Source: Nitrospirota bacterium (lineage in GTDB: Bacteria; Nitrospirota; UBA9217). Taken from it: a DNA stretch of 64,000 nt. Positions 19,075 to 29,125 of the stretch are shown in pieces. The stretch covers positions 352,001 to 416,000 of the forward strand of contig CAVVUN010000002.1 of assembly GCA_963751455.1 (NCBI GenBank), written 5' to 3'. Each line of letters starts with the position of its first letter. The first letter of the stretch is position 1. The position numbers were made by a program, and so were the translations under genes. The notes under the pieces were generated by a model. The model did no database searches, had not been told where the DNA came from, and saw nothing but the letters and a program-made list of their open reading frames with translations.

Positions 19075-20879
19075 GCCACCTTAATAGTTGCTATTCAATT
19101 TTCAAAGAACATCTGTGCACGATATCGTGGAAGTAACATTTGTGCCTATCGAATCCCAACCGCTTTGAGGAACTGGCCCATAATCAACTGAACTGCTAAA
19201 TAAACACATAGACATAAAAAGAAGCAATCATATATAACAATACTAAAACGCTGTTTATATTTCTCTGTTTCAAAGTTTCCATTTTATAATTCTCTTCGAT
19301 GATTTTGTATTTGTCGTGATAGACAAACGAAAAGTAAAGTATAATTGTGACCATGAATAACAGAAATAGCTGGACAACCTTGGGCAAGTGCTGAACATCA
19401 ACATTTATCAGACCTAGTTTTCGTAATAAAAGAACTATCGTAAGCACATTCAAAGACGCGAATATCGACACAATAAACATGGCCTTGTATTCAGGGACGT
19501 CTTCAGCTCCCCATTTTTTTAACTGCCACGTGTAAGTTCGGTAAAAAATATATTTATAAATATTCATCATATATCTCCTGGCACTCCCGGCATATTGTAT
19601 ATGACCGGAATGGGATACACTATTACAGGTGAAGGAGGACCTTCAAACCCACCCATCAAATCTGCGGCCCAGTAACCCACCCCGGCACCCACACCGAATG
19701 GCCCACCGATGAGTCCATAAAATCCAACACCCACATCCAGCGCTGATTTACTCGCTTTATCATAGTCACCCATTTGGTAAGCATTACGATACTGTCCGAC
19801 TGAGAGAAAAGTAGAAGACATAAAAGTCGCGTAGCCGCCCATCCTGAATAATTTTGCGTTTCTCAACGCAATAGAACGAGCGCTGGTCCATTGATTACCG
19901 CCCCAACGGTTAGAATACCATTTCGCGTTTATACCGCGCCAATAACCTTCAAATTCATTACTGTATTCGCCTGCCGCAGCCCCTGTACCTAATAGATTTA
20001 AAACACTCCCGGCAACGAAAGCAGTGTTATTATTCCACCGGCTTTCATTTTCATTACCAGTCGCGTCTGTGTTTGGCCAGGGTGTACTCGTATCATATCC
20101 GAAAGTGTAGGACGGCCAATTATTGCTTGCTAAGCTATGCAAGTCATACGGCACAGAGCTGTTTGATGAGTACGGAGAAGAGATCTGATCATAGTAATTG
20201 TAATAACCAGAACCACCCCAATCAGAATAGCCAATATTGTGCGAGTAAGCATAATAGGAGTCATATTCATCATACCCGCTGGGGTCAACATAGCGAAGCG
20301 GACTATTCAGGACATAGCTGTAACGGTTTAGCGCCTGAGGATTGGTAGGATCAGAGACTACCGGATTAGCGCTGATAAACCTTCCAATCGACGGATTATA
20401 GAGCCGGGCATTGTAGTTGTACAGCTCCGTATCGGCATCAAACTCCTGAGAGGTGTATTTATGGTTCACGGACAAGAGTCCGTAATCGCTCAGGGTTTCT
20501 CCAAAGGGACTGTAGCGGATGGTATACACTTTTTCCTTCGCATAGCTGCCCGCCATGACCTCGAAATTCCCCATTGTCACGGTGCCTTGACTGATTATAA
20601 GGCTGTTTACGAGCACGGAATTATCGATCTGCTGAGTGTAGCCGCAGTCGTATCCGCCCTTGATTGTTACGTTAACGGGGCGGTTAAGATTGAGGGGGAT
20701 TGGCTCGGACGTAAAGTTTACTGCACGGGCCTGGATGATGTCGCCATTGACCGCTACATTATAGGCCACACGAAGCAACGAGTAATAATTATAGACCGAT
20801 GTTCCGCGCAATATGCGGACAGGCGGCTTGGAACATGCGTTGTTCTGGATGGCTCCGGTCTGGGTCACAACCTGGGTGC
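18456..20879. repeat. 619-bp diverged direct repeat of the Rhs core (18456-19074 vs 20261-20879)
   Basis: Offset is 1805 nt at both ends, and the differences inspected are mostly synonymous. Confidence 0.95.
19196..19570 (-). CDS. Membrane immunity protein candidate for the main Rhs toxin
   Basis: About three hydrophobic helices, AT-rich, and the start overlaps the Rhs stop. Confidence 0.75.
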   Translation of the reverse strand: MMNIYKYIFYRTYTWQLKKWGAEDVPEYKAMFIVSIFASLNVLTIVLLLRKLGLINVDVQHLPKVVQLFLLFMVTIILYFSFVYHDKYKIIEENYKMETLKQRNINSVLVLLYMIASFYVYVFI

Positions 20880-23800
20880 TGCCGAGATGGTCGCCGTGGT
20901 AGTAAAGAACATCGGACCCGGTCTTCGTTGCTATGCGCGTGTCTCCGGCGAAGATGGCCTTGGCGCACGTATTCAATACGCACTCGTACAGTTTCCCAAG
21001 ATAGATGTTTTCGCCGCTCGAAGTAGATTTCTTGACCCGCGTACCCGCGCCATCGTACACGAAACTTGTGGTCGCGTTGTTTAGAGTGACGGACTGCGGC
21101 ATGTTGTCATAATCATACGTAATCGATCTGTAAACCGTTGAACCAGTGCTTTCTGTTATCAAATTCCCGTTCAGATCGTAGGAATACGTCATGCCGGTTG
21201 TAATGTTAGATTTAACAGCATGGGGATGGAGACCCGTGCTGTCAGTGTGGTCATAAGTGATGCCTTCTTTATAGCTGATATTACCAGTTTGGGAATAGTT
21301 ATAGAAAAGGTCGCTCACGCCTCCAAAGCTGGCGGCGTTCGGGGTCTGTGCATGCTGAATGCGGCCCAGACCGTCATACTCAAACCACTGAGTCATTGAG
21401 TAATCGACACTGTCGACAATGTTCTTAATATTTCCCCCTGGGTAATAATCATAGGCGAGATTAATGAGCGTCTGGTTCGTAGTCCCGGTGACGATTGATT
21501 GTAGGTCGTAGTTTGACGTGCTATACATGTAATTCGTAATAATGCCGTTGCCGTATGTAATCGTCCCGGGCTGGCCTATTGCATTATACCCGTTGTACGC
21601 CGCGTAATTAACAGCGGTGCCGGTTACAGACGAAAGGACGCCGGCAGTATAGGCATAGCTGACTGTTTCGTTATCAGGATAAGTAAGGCTTGCAGGCCTT
21701 CCGAGCGCATCATAGGTCGTCTTGAACGTATAAGAGGGAGTGACGTTGACGACTGATTTTGTTGTTTGGGATGTTCTGCCCAGCATGTCATAGTAATACT
21801 TTGTGGTGCCCGAGGCGTCGGACATTATTGAGAGTCTACCGACAGGATATGTGGTAGCTGCGTCATCTGGTGCGACATCGTAGGTGTAGTGAACGTCGGT
21901 CATGTTTACCGGTCCGTTTTTCGGATACTCTTTCCAGAGGAGCCTGTTCAATGCATCATAATGGAAGTATATGGGGTTCGTGCCCAAGCTATTAGCGTTA
22001 GCGTCCGTTTGGGAGGTAAGATTGTTGTTGGCGTCAAAGGAGTAGCTCCATTGGCCCATATCCGGATCTTTCATGTAATATTTTCTGCGGAGTGAATCGT
22101 AGCGCATTTCTGTTTGGTTGCCTTCGGCGTCCGTTACATAGCGGAGATTGCCGAGCACATCGTACTGGTATATGGTCGTCGCATAGGGCGCTCCTTGATC
22201 GGTCGTGCAGGAGGTGAATGCTGTACCAGGATTATATTCATCGACCTGTATAAGGCGGCCGAAGACATCTCTTGTTTCGCGCTTCTTATTGCCATCAGGG
22301 TCGATCCACGCCGTAACGCCATTCAGGTAGCAGGACTTTACAATCGTTCCATCAGAATTGGTTTTCTGCGTAACCCGGCCAACGGCATCATACTTTAACA
22401 CCTGTGTAGGATAGCTTGCAAGACCCTCGAAATAGGGGAGAGAAGAGATATAAACAGCGCCTCGAGCATCATAGGTTCTGTCGGTGCTGATCACTTTGTT
22501 GTCGGGTGCTTGGGAAAGGGTCTTGATGGTTCTTCCGAAGCCATCAAAGAAGACTTTTTTCCAGATAGTAGCGCCGGTTGAATAATCGATGGTTGAAGTG
22601 ACGGTTACATGCTGCTGTCCGACCGACCCAAAGCTATTATAAGAATATGACACCGTCCCATTTGAAGATGCAATCCCGTATGGATCAATTACCTTTGTTT
22701 TGCGGCCCAGAGCGTCATATTCGGTAGTGGTAGCGACGAGATTAGGGTCAATTACACTCGCCACCTGGCCATACAGTCCTTTGTCGGTCGATGCATTGAT
22801 CCCATAATATTGAATCGTTGTCCATTGGTCTTTGTCGTTTGTTTTACCTATAGGGTAAGTGTTTGTTGCTGTGTCATAGAAAATACGGGATTTTTTTCCA
22901 TTGCCATCGCGTGTGCAGACGAGGTTGCCGTATCCGTCCGAATCATAGGACATATTAATTTCGGGATCTGTTGCTCCTGTGGGCTTAGAATTGAGCCATC
23001 CGACGATTGTAGTAACATTACCGTGGGTTGGAATCTGGTTCGTGTACCCGGCCGGCATGGAACGTGTTTCACAGTCAGACGGATCATCATAATAGTATGT
23101 AGTAGAAGAGACTAGTTGTCCAGAAGAATCATATATCTTCTCGTACTTGGGCAGCCCGACTATGTAATTTTCGGTACTGTCCGTCGTGAAAGCCCTGGCT
23201 ATAGTCCGGTAAGGCGCTGATGCATTTGCAGAATTATACTCTTGTTCAGATGTTACGTTGCCATAGCCATCGTAGGAATAGTTTGTTTTTTTGTTCTGGC
23301 CGCTTGTGGAATCGTTGCACGTTGTCGTTGTGCTGCCGTCGCAAATATAGGTCTTAGTTGTATCAACTGCATTAAAATATCCGCCATTAGCGTTTATAAA
23401 GGAGTGGTAAATGATTGCCGATTCACTGTATATTGATCCGTTAGCATCAGTTACTCGTGTGTGATATGGCTTACCCTTTAAATCGGGTACTGGGGGATAG
23501 CATGCACATGGTTTGCCGGGTTCTGGTGAGCACGGCGTACAAGGTAAACCGGTAAGCACATTATAGTATTCAATCCCCTGGTGGAACCAAGTCTCAGTTA
23601 TTTTCCGCTCGTCATATGGGTCAGCAGGGCCGGTGACTGTTACATGATTGAAGCCTCGGAAGTCGCGCTCGGTGATGTGGTAGTAGCCACCTTCGTAGCC
23701 ATATTTTGTCTCGGCAAGATTGCCATTGCCGTCATCTCTTATAACAGAGCTGACGGTTTGAACTGAAAAAGGAAGCTGCACATTCGAATATTGTGTAGAT

Positions 23801-25986
23801 GGCGTATAGCTAATTCCCACGCTACCACCGATACTATTGAAAATCTTTATGAGGAGATTGCTCGCTTGGTCCGGATTGTCCGGATTGTCTGCCGGCCCAA
23901 CAGCTGTCGCAACCACCGGAATTCCCTGTGACGAAAACAAGTATCGGCCGCTGAGGAAAACAACATCAGTTCTGCCGTCGCCATTGAAATCGCCGATATG
24001 ATACCGTTTGATATTGTCGTTGCCCCATGTCATTGTGCCCCACGGCGATGAAAAGGTTTTAAAATTGCAACCGGCAGAAAGAGCTACCGAGAGGTTTCCA
24101 GATTGATCTATGAAAAGAATATCGGTCATGCCGTTTCCATCATAATCAGCAAACTTATACCGAGTAATATCGCCATTGCCCATTGAAATGGAAGGCATCG
24201 CAGTGATAAAAGCAGAACCCGTAGAGAATTCCGTTTGTATATTGCCGTTAGAGTCAATATAGATAATATCCGCCTTGCGGTCTCCATTAATATCACCAAC
24301 AGCGTACTGAGCCGGAATATCTCCATGACCCGAAGTTGCCCAGGGGTTTGAACTAACAACAAAACCTATTTCTGAATATGTGGCAACTTGAAGATTCCCA
24401 TCGCTGCCAATATAAAGAACATCTGCCTTTCCATCACCATTGAAGTCCGCAACTCTATACCTCGCCTCTTCACTATTACCCAATTTTGACGCAAACGTAT
24501 CAGAAACAAAACCGGCTGTTGAAGATCCTGTAGACAAATAAACATTCAACGTACCAGTCTGTACAGATAAAATATCAGCCTTTCCATTTCCGTCAAAATC
24601 TGCAACAAAATTCTGTTCAGGATTATATGCATTCACTGTAAGCCATTGTTCAACTGATCCAAAATTGGCGCCCGTAGATAGTGCAACATCAAACACACGC
24701 ACACCACTTATATAATCACGGTAGGATAAAAAAATATCTGCTTTACCATCTCCATCAAAATCTGCTGGATAAATTATCGTGTTGTGGGTATCGCCGATCC
24801 TGCCCCAAAGAGTCGTTATAAAATCAGATCCGGTCGATGAACCAACCGTCGCATATTCATTTCCCTGTGAATTAAGATAATCAATCCTAAGAATATCGCT
24901 GCGTCCATTTCCGTCAAAATCACTAATCTTATAATGACGTGACTCGACAAGATGGCCGAGACTTGATTTCGTACTGACGATAAAACCGGTGCTCTCCGGT
25001 GAGTAATCCATAATTGTTTCAGGCAATGGGCTCGTGCCATCTTTGCCTAATTGCTGGATGCCTCTTAAAAGAGTCCGAAAAGTATTGGCACTCTCTCTAT
25101 AGTTAAATTTATACGATCGAACGAGATTATTATTGGCAGTTATATCTATCCGGTCAAGGCGATACACGGTCTTGACCCCAAAATTCGGCGTGTATATTGT
25201 CACAGCATCCTGGCGTGCGCCGTCATCTCTTACGAACGTTATTCTGTTACTCGACATAATCGACGTGCTAGGCCATGTATAGTCTATATGATCCAGATAA
25301 ATATGTCCTTGATCTTTAAAATAATAATATTTTATATAATTGCCATTCGCGTCCATTTCTTGATCAAGGCACCATTTGAATACTTTACTCGCGTCGGCCG
25401 CAATATTATGGGCCGGATCGTCCGGTTGATCCTGTCTTGACTCGGAACTCTGGCCGAAGAAATAATGCGTGCCTGACTTGTCAATGACTTCCCAGGACGT
25501 AGGTCTTCCTGTTGTACTGTCCGTGGAAACCTTAAATTTTAAAAAACCAGTTTCTATTGTAGCGCGGTATTCGCCGTTTCCGATATTCGTCAGTCCTATA
25601 GTGTTTCCACCGGTTTTGAAAACGTAGCTATTTTTATCATAATTAACGCCGTTCTTTGTGCTACGCTCTATGGAGTCCACTTCAAGCTGCCATCCTAATC
25701 CAAGCCAACTATTTGACTGGTTGTTTTTATAAGTCAGGGTAAGTTTCGGTTCCATTCCGTTGCGTCCTGTGGGGACAAGAATGGGCATCAAATGTTTCAT
25801 CGCTCCCGTAAATAGGTCGGGAGTTGCTCCATCAAATTCTGAGGATGCATTATTGTCTTCGATTATTGATGATTTAAAAGATAGAGATGAATTGTCGTCA
25901 GCATCTTCTTCTCCAAATGCTGGAAAACGGAAGACTGTAGATATGAGAAGGATAAATAGGGAGAAAAGACAAAGCAGCTTCTTCAT
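19567..25986 (-). CDS. Secreted SpvB/FG-GAP/YD-repeat Rhs polymorphic toxin
   Basis: Signal peptide, SpvB-like GRNGMEPKLTLTY..WLGLGW, several DFDGDGKAD repeats, REFRGF-like ERDFRGF, YD repeats, the core YHGDHLGS..YNYNARLYNP.IGRF..NSPLRYVDPSG, and a variable C-terminus. Confidence 0.93.
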   Translation of the reverse strand: MKKLLCLFSLFILLISTVFRFPAFGEEDADDNSSLSFKSSIIEDNNASSEFDGATPDLFTGAMKHLMPILVPTGRNGMEPKLTLTYKNNQSNSWLGLGWQLEVDSIERSTKNGVNYDKNSYVFKTGGNTIGLTNIGNGEYRATIETGFLKFKVSTDSTTGRPTSWEVIDKSGTHYFFGQSSESRQDQPDDPAHNIAADASKVFKWCLDQEMDANGNYIKYYYFKDQGHIYLDHIDYTWPSTSIMSSNRITFVRDDGARQDAVTIYTPNFGVKTVYRLDRIDITANNNLVRSYKFNYRESANTFRTLLRGIQQLGKDGTSPLPETIMDYSPESTGFIVSTKSSLGHLVESRHYKISDFDGNGRSDILRIDYLNSQGNEYATVGSSTGSDFITTLWGRIGDTHNTIIYPADFDGDGKADIFLSYRDYISGVRVFDVALSTGANFGSVEQWLTVNAYNPEQNFVADFDGNGKADILSVQTGTLNVYLSTGSSTAGFVSDTFASKLGNSEEARYRVADFNGDGKADVLYIGSDGNLQVATYSEIGFVVSSNPWATSGHGDIPAQYAVGDINGDRKADIIYIDSNGNIQTEFSTGSAFITAMPSISMGNGDITRYKFADYDGNGMTDILFIDQSGNLSVALSAGCNFKTFSSPWGTMTWGNDNIKRYHIGDFNGDGRTDVVFLSGRYLFSSQGIPVVATAVGPADNPDNPDQASNLLIKIFNSIGGSVGISYTPSTQYSNVQLPFSVQTVSSVIRDDGNGNLAETKYGYEGGYYHITERDFRGFNHVTVTGPADPYDERKITETWFHQGIEYYNVLTGLPCTPCSPEPGKPCACYPPVPDLKGKPYHTRVTDANGSIYSESAIIYHSFINANGGYFNAVDTTKTYICDGSTTTTCNDSTSGQNKKTNYSYDGYGNVTSEQEYNSANASAPYRTIARAFTTDSTENYIVGLPKYEKIYDSSGQLVSSTTYYYDDPSDCETRSMPAGYTNQIPTHGNVTTIVGWLNSKPTGATDPEINMSYDSDGYGNLVCTRDGNGKKSRIFYDTATNTYPIGKTNDKDQWTTIQYYGINASTDKGLYGQVASVIDPNLVATTTEYDALGRKTKVIDPYGIASSNGTVSYSYNSFGSVGQQHVTVTSTIDYSTGATIWKKVFFDGFGRTIKTLSQAPDNKVISTDRTYDARGAVYISSLPYFEGLASYPTQVLKYDAVGRVTQKTNSDGTIVKSCYLNGVTAWIDPDGNKKRETRDVFGRLIQVDEYNPGTAFTSCTTDQGAPYATTIYQYDVLGNLRYVTDAEGNQTEMRYDSLRRKYYMKDPDMGQWSYSFDANNNLTSQTDANANSLGTNPIYFHYDALNRLLWKEYPKNGPVNMTDVHYTYDVAPDDAATTYPVGRLSIMSDASGTTKYYYDMLGRTSQTTKSVVNVTPSYTFKTTYDALGRPASLTYPDNETVSYAYTAGVLSSVTGTAVNYAAYNGYNAIGQPGTITYGNGIITNYMYSTSNYDLQSIVTGTTNQTLINLAYDYYPGGNIKNIVDSVDYSMTQWFEYDGLGRIQHAQTPNAASFGGVSDLFYNYSQTGNISYKEGITYDHTDSTGLHPHAVKSNITTGMTYSYDLNGNLITESTGSTVYRSITYDYDNMPQSVTLNNATTSFVYDGAGTRVKKSTSSGENIYLGKLYECVLNTCAKAIFAGDTRIATKTGSDVLYYHGDHLGSTQVVTQTGAIQNNACSKPPVRILRGTSVYNYYSLLRVAYNVAVNGDIIQARAVNFTSEPIPLNLNRPVNVTIKGGYDCGYTQQIDNSVLVNSLIISQGTVTMGNFEVMAGSYAKEKVYTIRYSPFGETLSDYGLLSVNHKYTSQEFDADTELYNYNARLYNPSIGRFISANPVVSDPTNPQALNRYSYVLNSPLRYVDPSGYDEYDSYYAYSHNIGYSDWGGSGYYNYYDQISSPYSSNSSVPYDLHSLASNNWPSYTFGYDTSTPWPNTDATGNENESRWNNNTAFVAGSVLNLLGTGAAAGEYSNEFEGYWRGINAKWYSNRWGGNQWTSARSIALRNAKLFRMGGYATFMSSTFLSVGQYRNAYQMGDYDKASKSALDVGVGFYGLIGGPFGVGAGVGYWAADLMGGFEGPPSPVIVYPIPVIYNMPGVPGDI

Positions 25987-26102
25987 GATAGACTTCCTCC
26001 TTTAGCACAGGTTATTCTTAAAACAAACTTGACCAAAATATCTAAAGCCTCTATACGGACATTTTCCCGTGATGGCCATCTCAATAGAGATAAAAAAATA
26101 CA

Positions 26103-28499
26103 TTAATTATTTGACTCGTTACCATTCCTGTTCGTGCACTGGCTCCTGCCCGGCTGCAGGTCCCAGTACCCGAGGGAGTAATACTGTTCGTTGATATAGG
26201 ATGCAATTTCATTGGCCTTGGTGAAGTTGCCTTCGAGGAAGAGATCCAGAACAATGTGCAATGCCTCTCCCGGATTGGTGAATTCCGCGGTGTCTGCGGA
26301 GATAGAAGGGTCTGTTCCATCGCTTGTGTAAATCAGGCTGTTGGAATAACTGCTGTTATAGAAGACGTTGCTTTCTTGATAAGCATCGCTTGCGCTGCGT
26401 GAACCGTCGAGTTCAATGCCCACAGAAAACGTGCCGCCGGCGGCCGCTGTGAGGTCCGTAAAAAATCCGTTGCCAAGGCTGACATTGACGTTTGAATTCT
26501 GTGCGAGAAGCGTAGTGTCTGCATAGAGAGCGCCGCTGCCTGCGCCATCGAATATGGTCTGCGCAGAAGCGATTTGCGGATCGTCTTTCAGGGCGTGTAT
26601 CTTGATGAAGAAATCTCCAGTATCCGGGCTGCTGGAGCCCGAGTAGATCACGAGGTCGGCGCTTACGATTGCTGCACCTTGGGGTATCGATTGCAGGTTA
26701 AAGGTGTAAAAGGGGCGGGTTTCGATCAGTCCATGCATGTAATAATTATCCGTATTGCTTTGATAGGTATACTCGTATTTACTCGCATACGAGTATGAGG
26801 TTAAAAATTGATCATAATAGTCCTGCTGGTACTGAACTCCGTTCTCCTGTGTCTCATAGAAATCCCGGTACACGTATCCTCCGGTGGCGTTTATGGTGAC
26901 CGTTTTCCGGGCTCCATCGATTCCGAAATAGGTGAGGTTCAAGGAAGTCGTTATTGCCCCGCTCCCGATATTGCGCGCGAGAGCGCGGATCTGGCGAACT
27001 GCTGCCTGGGAATGTTTATACGAAGCCAGGTCGGTTCCCGTCATATCTTGTTGAACCATTACTGAAACGGGTAAATAAGTTGGACTTGGCTGATAAGTGG
27101 CACTATTTCCGGAAAGTTCGTATATAAGTGTGGGATTAAAAACGTAAACACCAGGTGACGTGTCGCACGATATCGTGATGGCGGCAACGACTGTGACGGT
27201 CCCGCCGGGTTGAACCGATGTGGACGCGGTCCACGGCGCTCCGTAGTTTCCTGCATCGGTAAATTCTCCGCTCCATCCTGCCGGGAGATTTGCTATTTTC
27301 AGTGAACCCGATTTTGTTATATATGCCGTGCTGCTGCCGGTGTTCATAAGCGTTATATAGGCGAGGAACGTGCCGCCGGGGAGCATAGATGTCGGATTAA
27401 CAACGGCGGACGTAATTTCGGCGGACAGCGGCGGGCTGAGCGCTCCTACCAGAAGCTGCGTTACAGCCTGACCAAGGGTGCCGGATATAGCGGAGATGTT
27501 CTGGCCGTCCATTGCATAGACTATGCCTGTCCCTTGCGCACCGATATTCTCCGGGGGTTCCCCGGTCCCGAAGAAAAGAGTGGTGCTGTTCGCAACCATC
27601 GACAAGACTGCGCCGGAACCTGAATCCGCCTGTTCCCACACGAGCGCCATCGCGCCGTTGTCCCATCGGTATAGCTGCTCTTTGTGTCGATTGTCGACCG
27701 TCGTTGCCATGCCGATATACAAGTTGTCACCGTATGTTTGCATTGACCGGATGGTCGAAAAGTCAATTCCCGAAGTTTGTTGAGTAAAATTGATCCCGTC
27801 AGTCATTTGATATATCGAACTATCGAAAGAACCTGCAAAAAGCTTGGTCTGAAATACTTCCATGGCTTGAATGCCGTTTCCGCTCGCGTAGCTCACTTGT
27901 TCAATTCCAGTCCCGTCAAAGCGGGCGATGAAGTCAGTATTTGAGTCGCCGATATAAAGGTAGTCGTTCCATGGATAAAGAGTTTTGAACCCCTGCCATC
28001 CTGATGAAAGTGAACTGGAATCCGCGACTTTGGTCCATTGCATGTCTCCGTCGAATCTGAAAAGCTGTCCGACACCCGCGTTAACGTTTCGAGCGGAGGC
28101 ATAGAGCTGTTCCTTGTATACGGCAAATTTTTCTACTTTAGCATCAAAAGGCGATGAAACGGGACTCCATGAAGTGCCCCCAGCATACCGGTAGATAATG
28201 GAAAGTCCGTCCCACGCATTCTGGGAGGCTGCGGCATAAAGCTGTCCTTGAAAGATTATGATGGCATCTACCGATACACCCAATTCGCCTGAGATAGCTT
28301 CCCATGCAGCCACGATGCTCTCGGCGTTTTCTTGATATCTGTATACTTTACCGGGCTTAGAGGTGGCGGCATAAAGACTGCTCTGCTGAGATGAGGAATC
28401 GCTGATCAGGGTCGGGGAAGAGGTTGTGCAGGAAAGGAGTCCGACAGAAATGAGCACAATGATGAACGTTGCGAGCAGTGTATATTTATTGGTGCGCAT
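26103..28499 (-). CDS. Large lipoprotein with a beta-propeller-like N-terminus and Ig-like domains
   Basis: Lipobox LLSC, repeated F/Y.G.LY.G blades, and FNLQSIPQGAAIVSADL (DNRLRE/CBM96-like, tentative). Lies directly upstream of Rhs. Confidence 0.75.
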   Translation of the reverse strand: MRTNKYTLLATFIIVLISVGLLSCTTSSPTLISDSSSQQSSLYAATSKPGKVYRYQENAESIVAAWEAISGELGVSVDAIIIFQGQLYAAASQNAWDGLSIIYRYAGGTSWSPVSSPFDAKVEKFAVYKEQLYASARNVNAGVGQLFRFDGDMQWTKVADSSSLSSGWQGFKTLYPWNDYLYIGDSNTDFIARFDGTGIEQVSYASGNGIQAMEVFQTKLFAGSFDSSIYQMTDGINFTQQTSGIDFSTIRSMQTYGDNLYIGMATTVDNRHKEQLYRWDNGAMALVWEQADSGSGAVLSMVANSTTLFFGTGEPPENIGAQGTGIVYAMDGQNISAISGTLGQAVTQLLVGALSPPLSAEITSAVVNPTSMLPGGTFLAYITLMNTGSSTAYITKSGSLKIANLPAGWSGEFTDAGNYGAPWTASTSVQPGGTVTVVAAITISCDTSPGVYVFNPTLIYELSGNSATYQPSPTYLPVSVMVQQDMTGTDLASYKHSQAAVRQIRALARNIGSGAITTSLNLTYFGIDGARKTVTINATGGYVYRDFYETQENGVQYQQDYYDQFLTSYSYASKYEYTYQSNTDNYYMHGLIETRPFYTFNLQSIPQGAAIVSADLVIYSGSSSPDTGDFFIKIHALKDDPQIASAQTIFDGAGSGALYADTTLLAQNSNVNVSLGNGFFTDLTAAAGGTFSVGIELDGSRSASDAYQESNVFYNSSYSNSLIYTSDGTDPSISADTAEFTNPGEALHIVLDLFLEGNFTKANEIASYINEQYYSLGYWDLQPGRSQCTNRNGNESNN

Positions 28500-29125
28500 G
28501 GTCCCTCCGATCAAAGCAAGATTGGCACATTATTTTTATCCTTTTTAAAGAATGGGCGGCAAGAAAGGGCAGAATTTTGCCGTTTCTACAAAACTAATAC
28601 TTTTGTTTGAATAAGTATAAGAATAGTTAGAATTAAAAAATTATTCAAGAACTAATTCGGGTTATTTTAAGGGTATTGCACAGTGTTGCGATAAGTTGCT
28701 AATGAAGAATAAAGGATAAACAAATAAGGAGGTTGGACGATTTAAGGTGCTAATTCCGGATCATTCTTGTCCTGTAGTTTATCTAAACTTTGAATTTTAT
28801 GTGTCAAATTTTATGTGAGGGAAACAGGGAACATCTTAGAAGGTCTTTCTCCTCGCACCCAGCCTGCACGTCCCAACCTGGCGAACCACTCCGCGAGGGA
28901 AGTGATTCCAATTCAGATCTAGTTGCCTCCGCAAGCGATCACCGTTTATTCTGCTATATGTTTTAAAACACTTATGCACTTATGCATTTATTTTATCCGT
29001 CAGTTTGTGGCAGGCCCCTCTGTGTTTCGCCGAAGAAGTTTCTCTCGAGGTTTCGAGTCTGTTGAACCGGCGGTATAGCGCCTGCTCAAGCTCCGGAAGC
29101 AGCAACGGCTAAACCCTCTGATGTC

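Noticed and set aside
18456-20879. Repeat pair as a diversity-generating retroelement TR/VR
   Set aside because: The differences inspected are mostly synonymous and not adenine-specific, and there is no reverse transcriptase in the window.
28515-28950. Riboswitch or array in AT-rich spacers (also 30490-30990)
   Set aside because: No c-di-GMP riboswitch consensus or periodic repeat could be matched; they are probably promoter regions.
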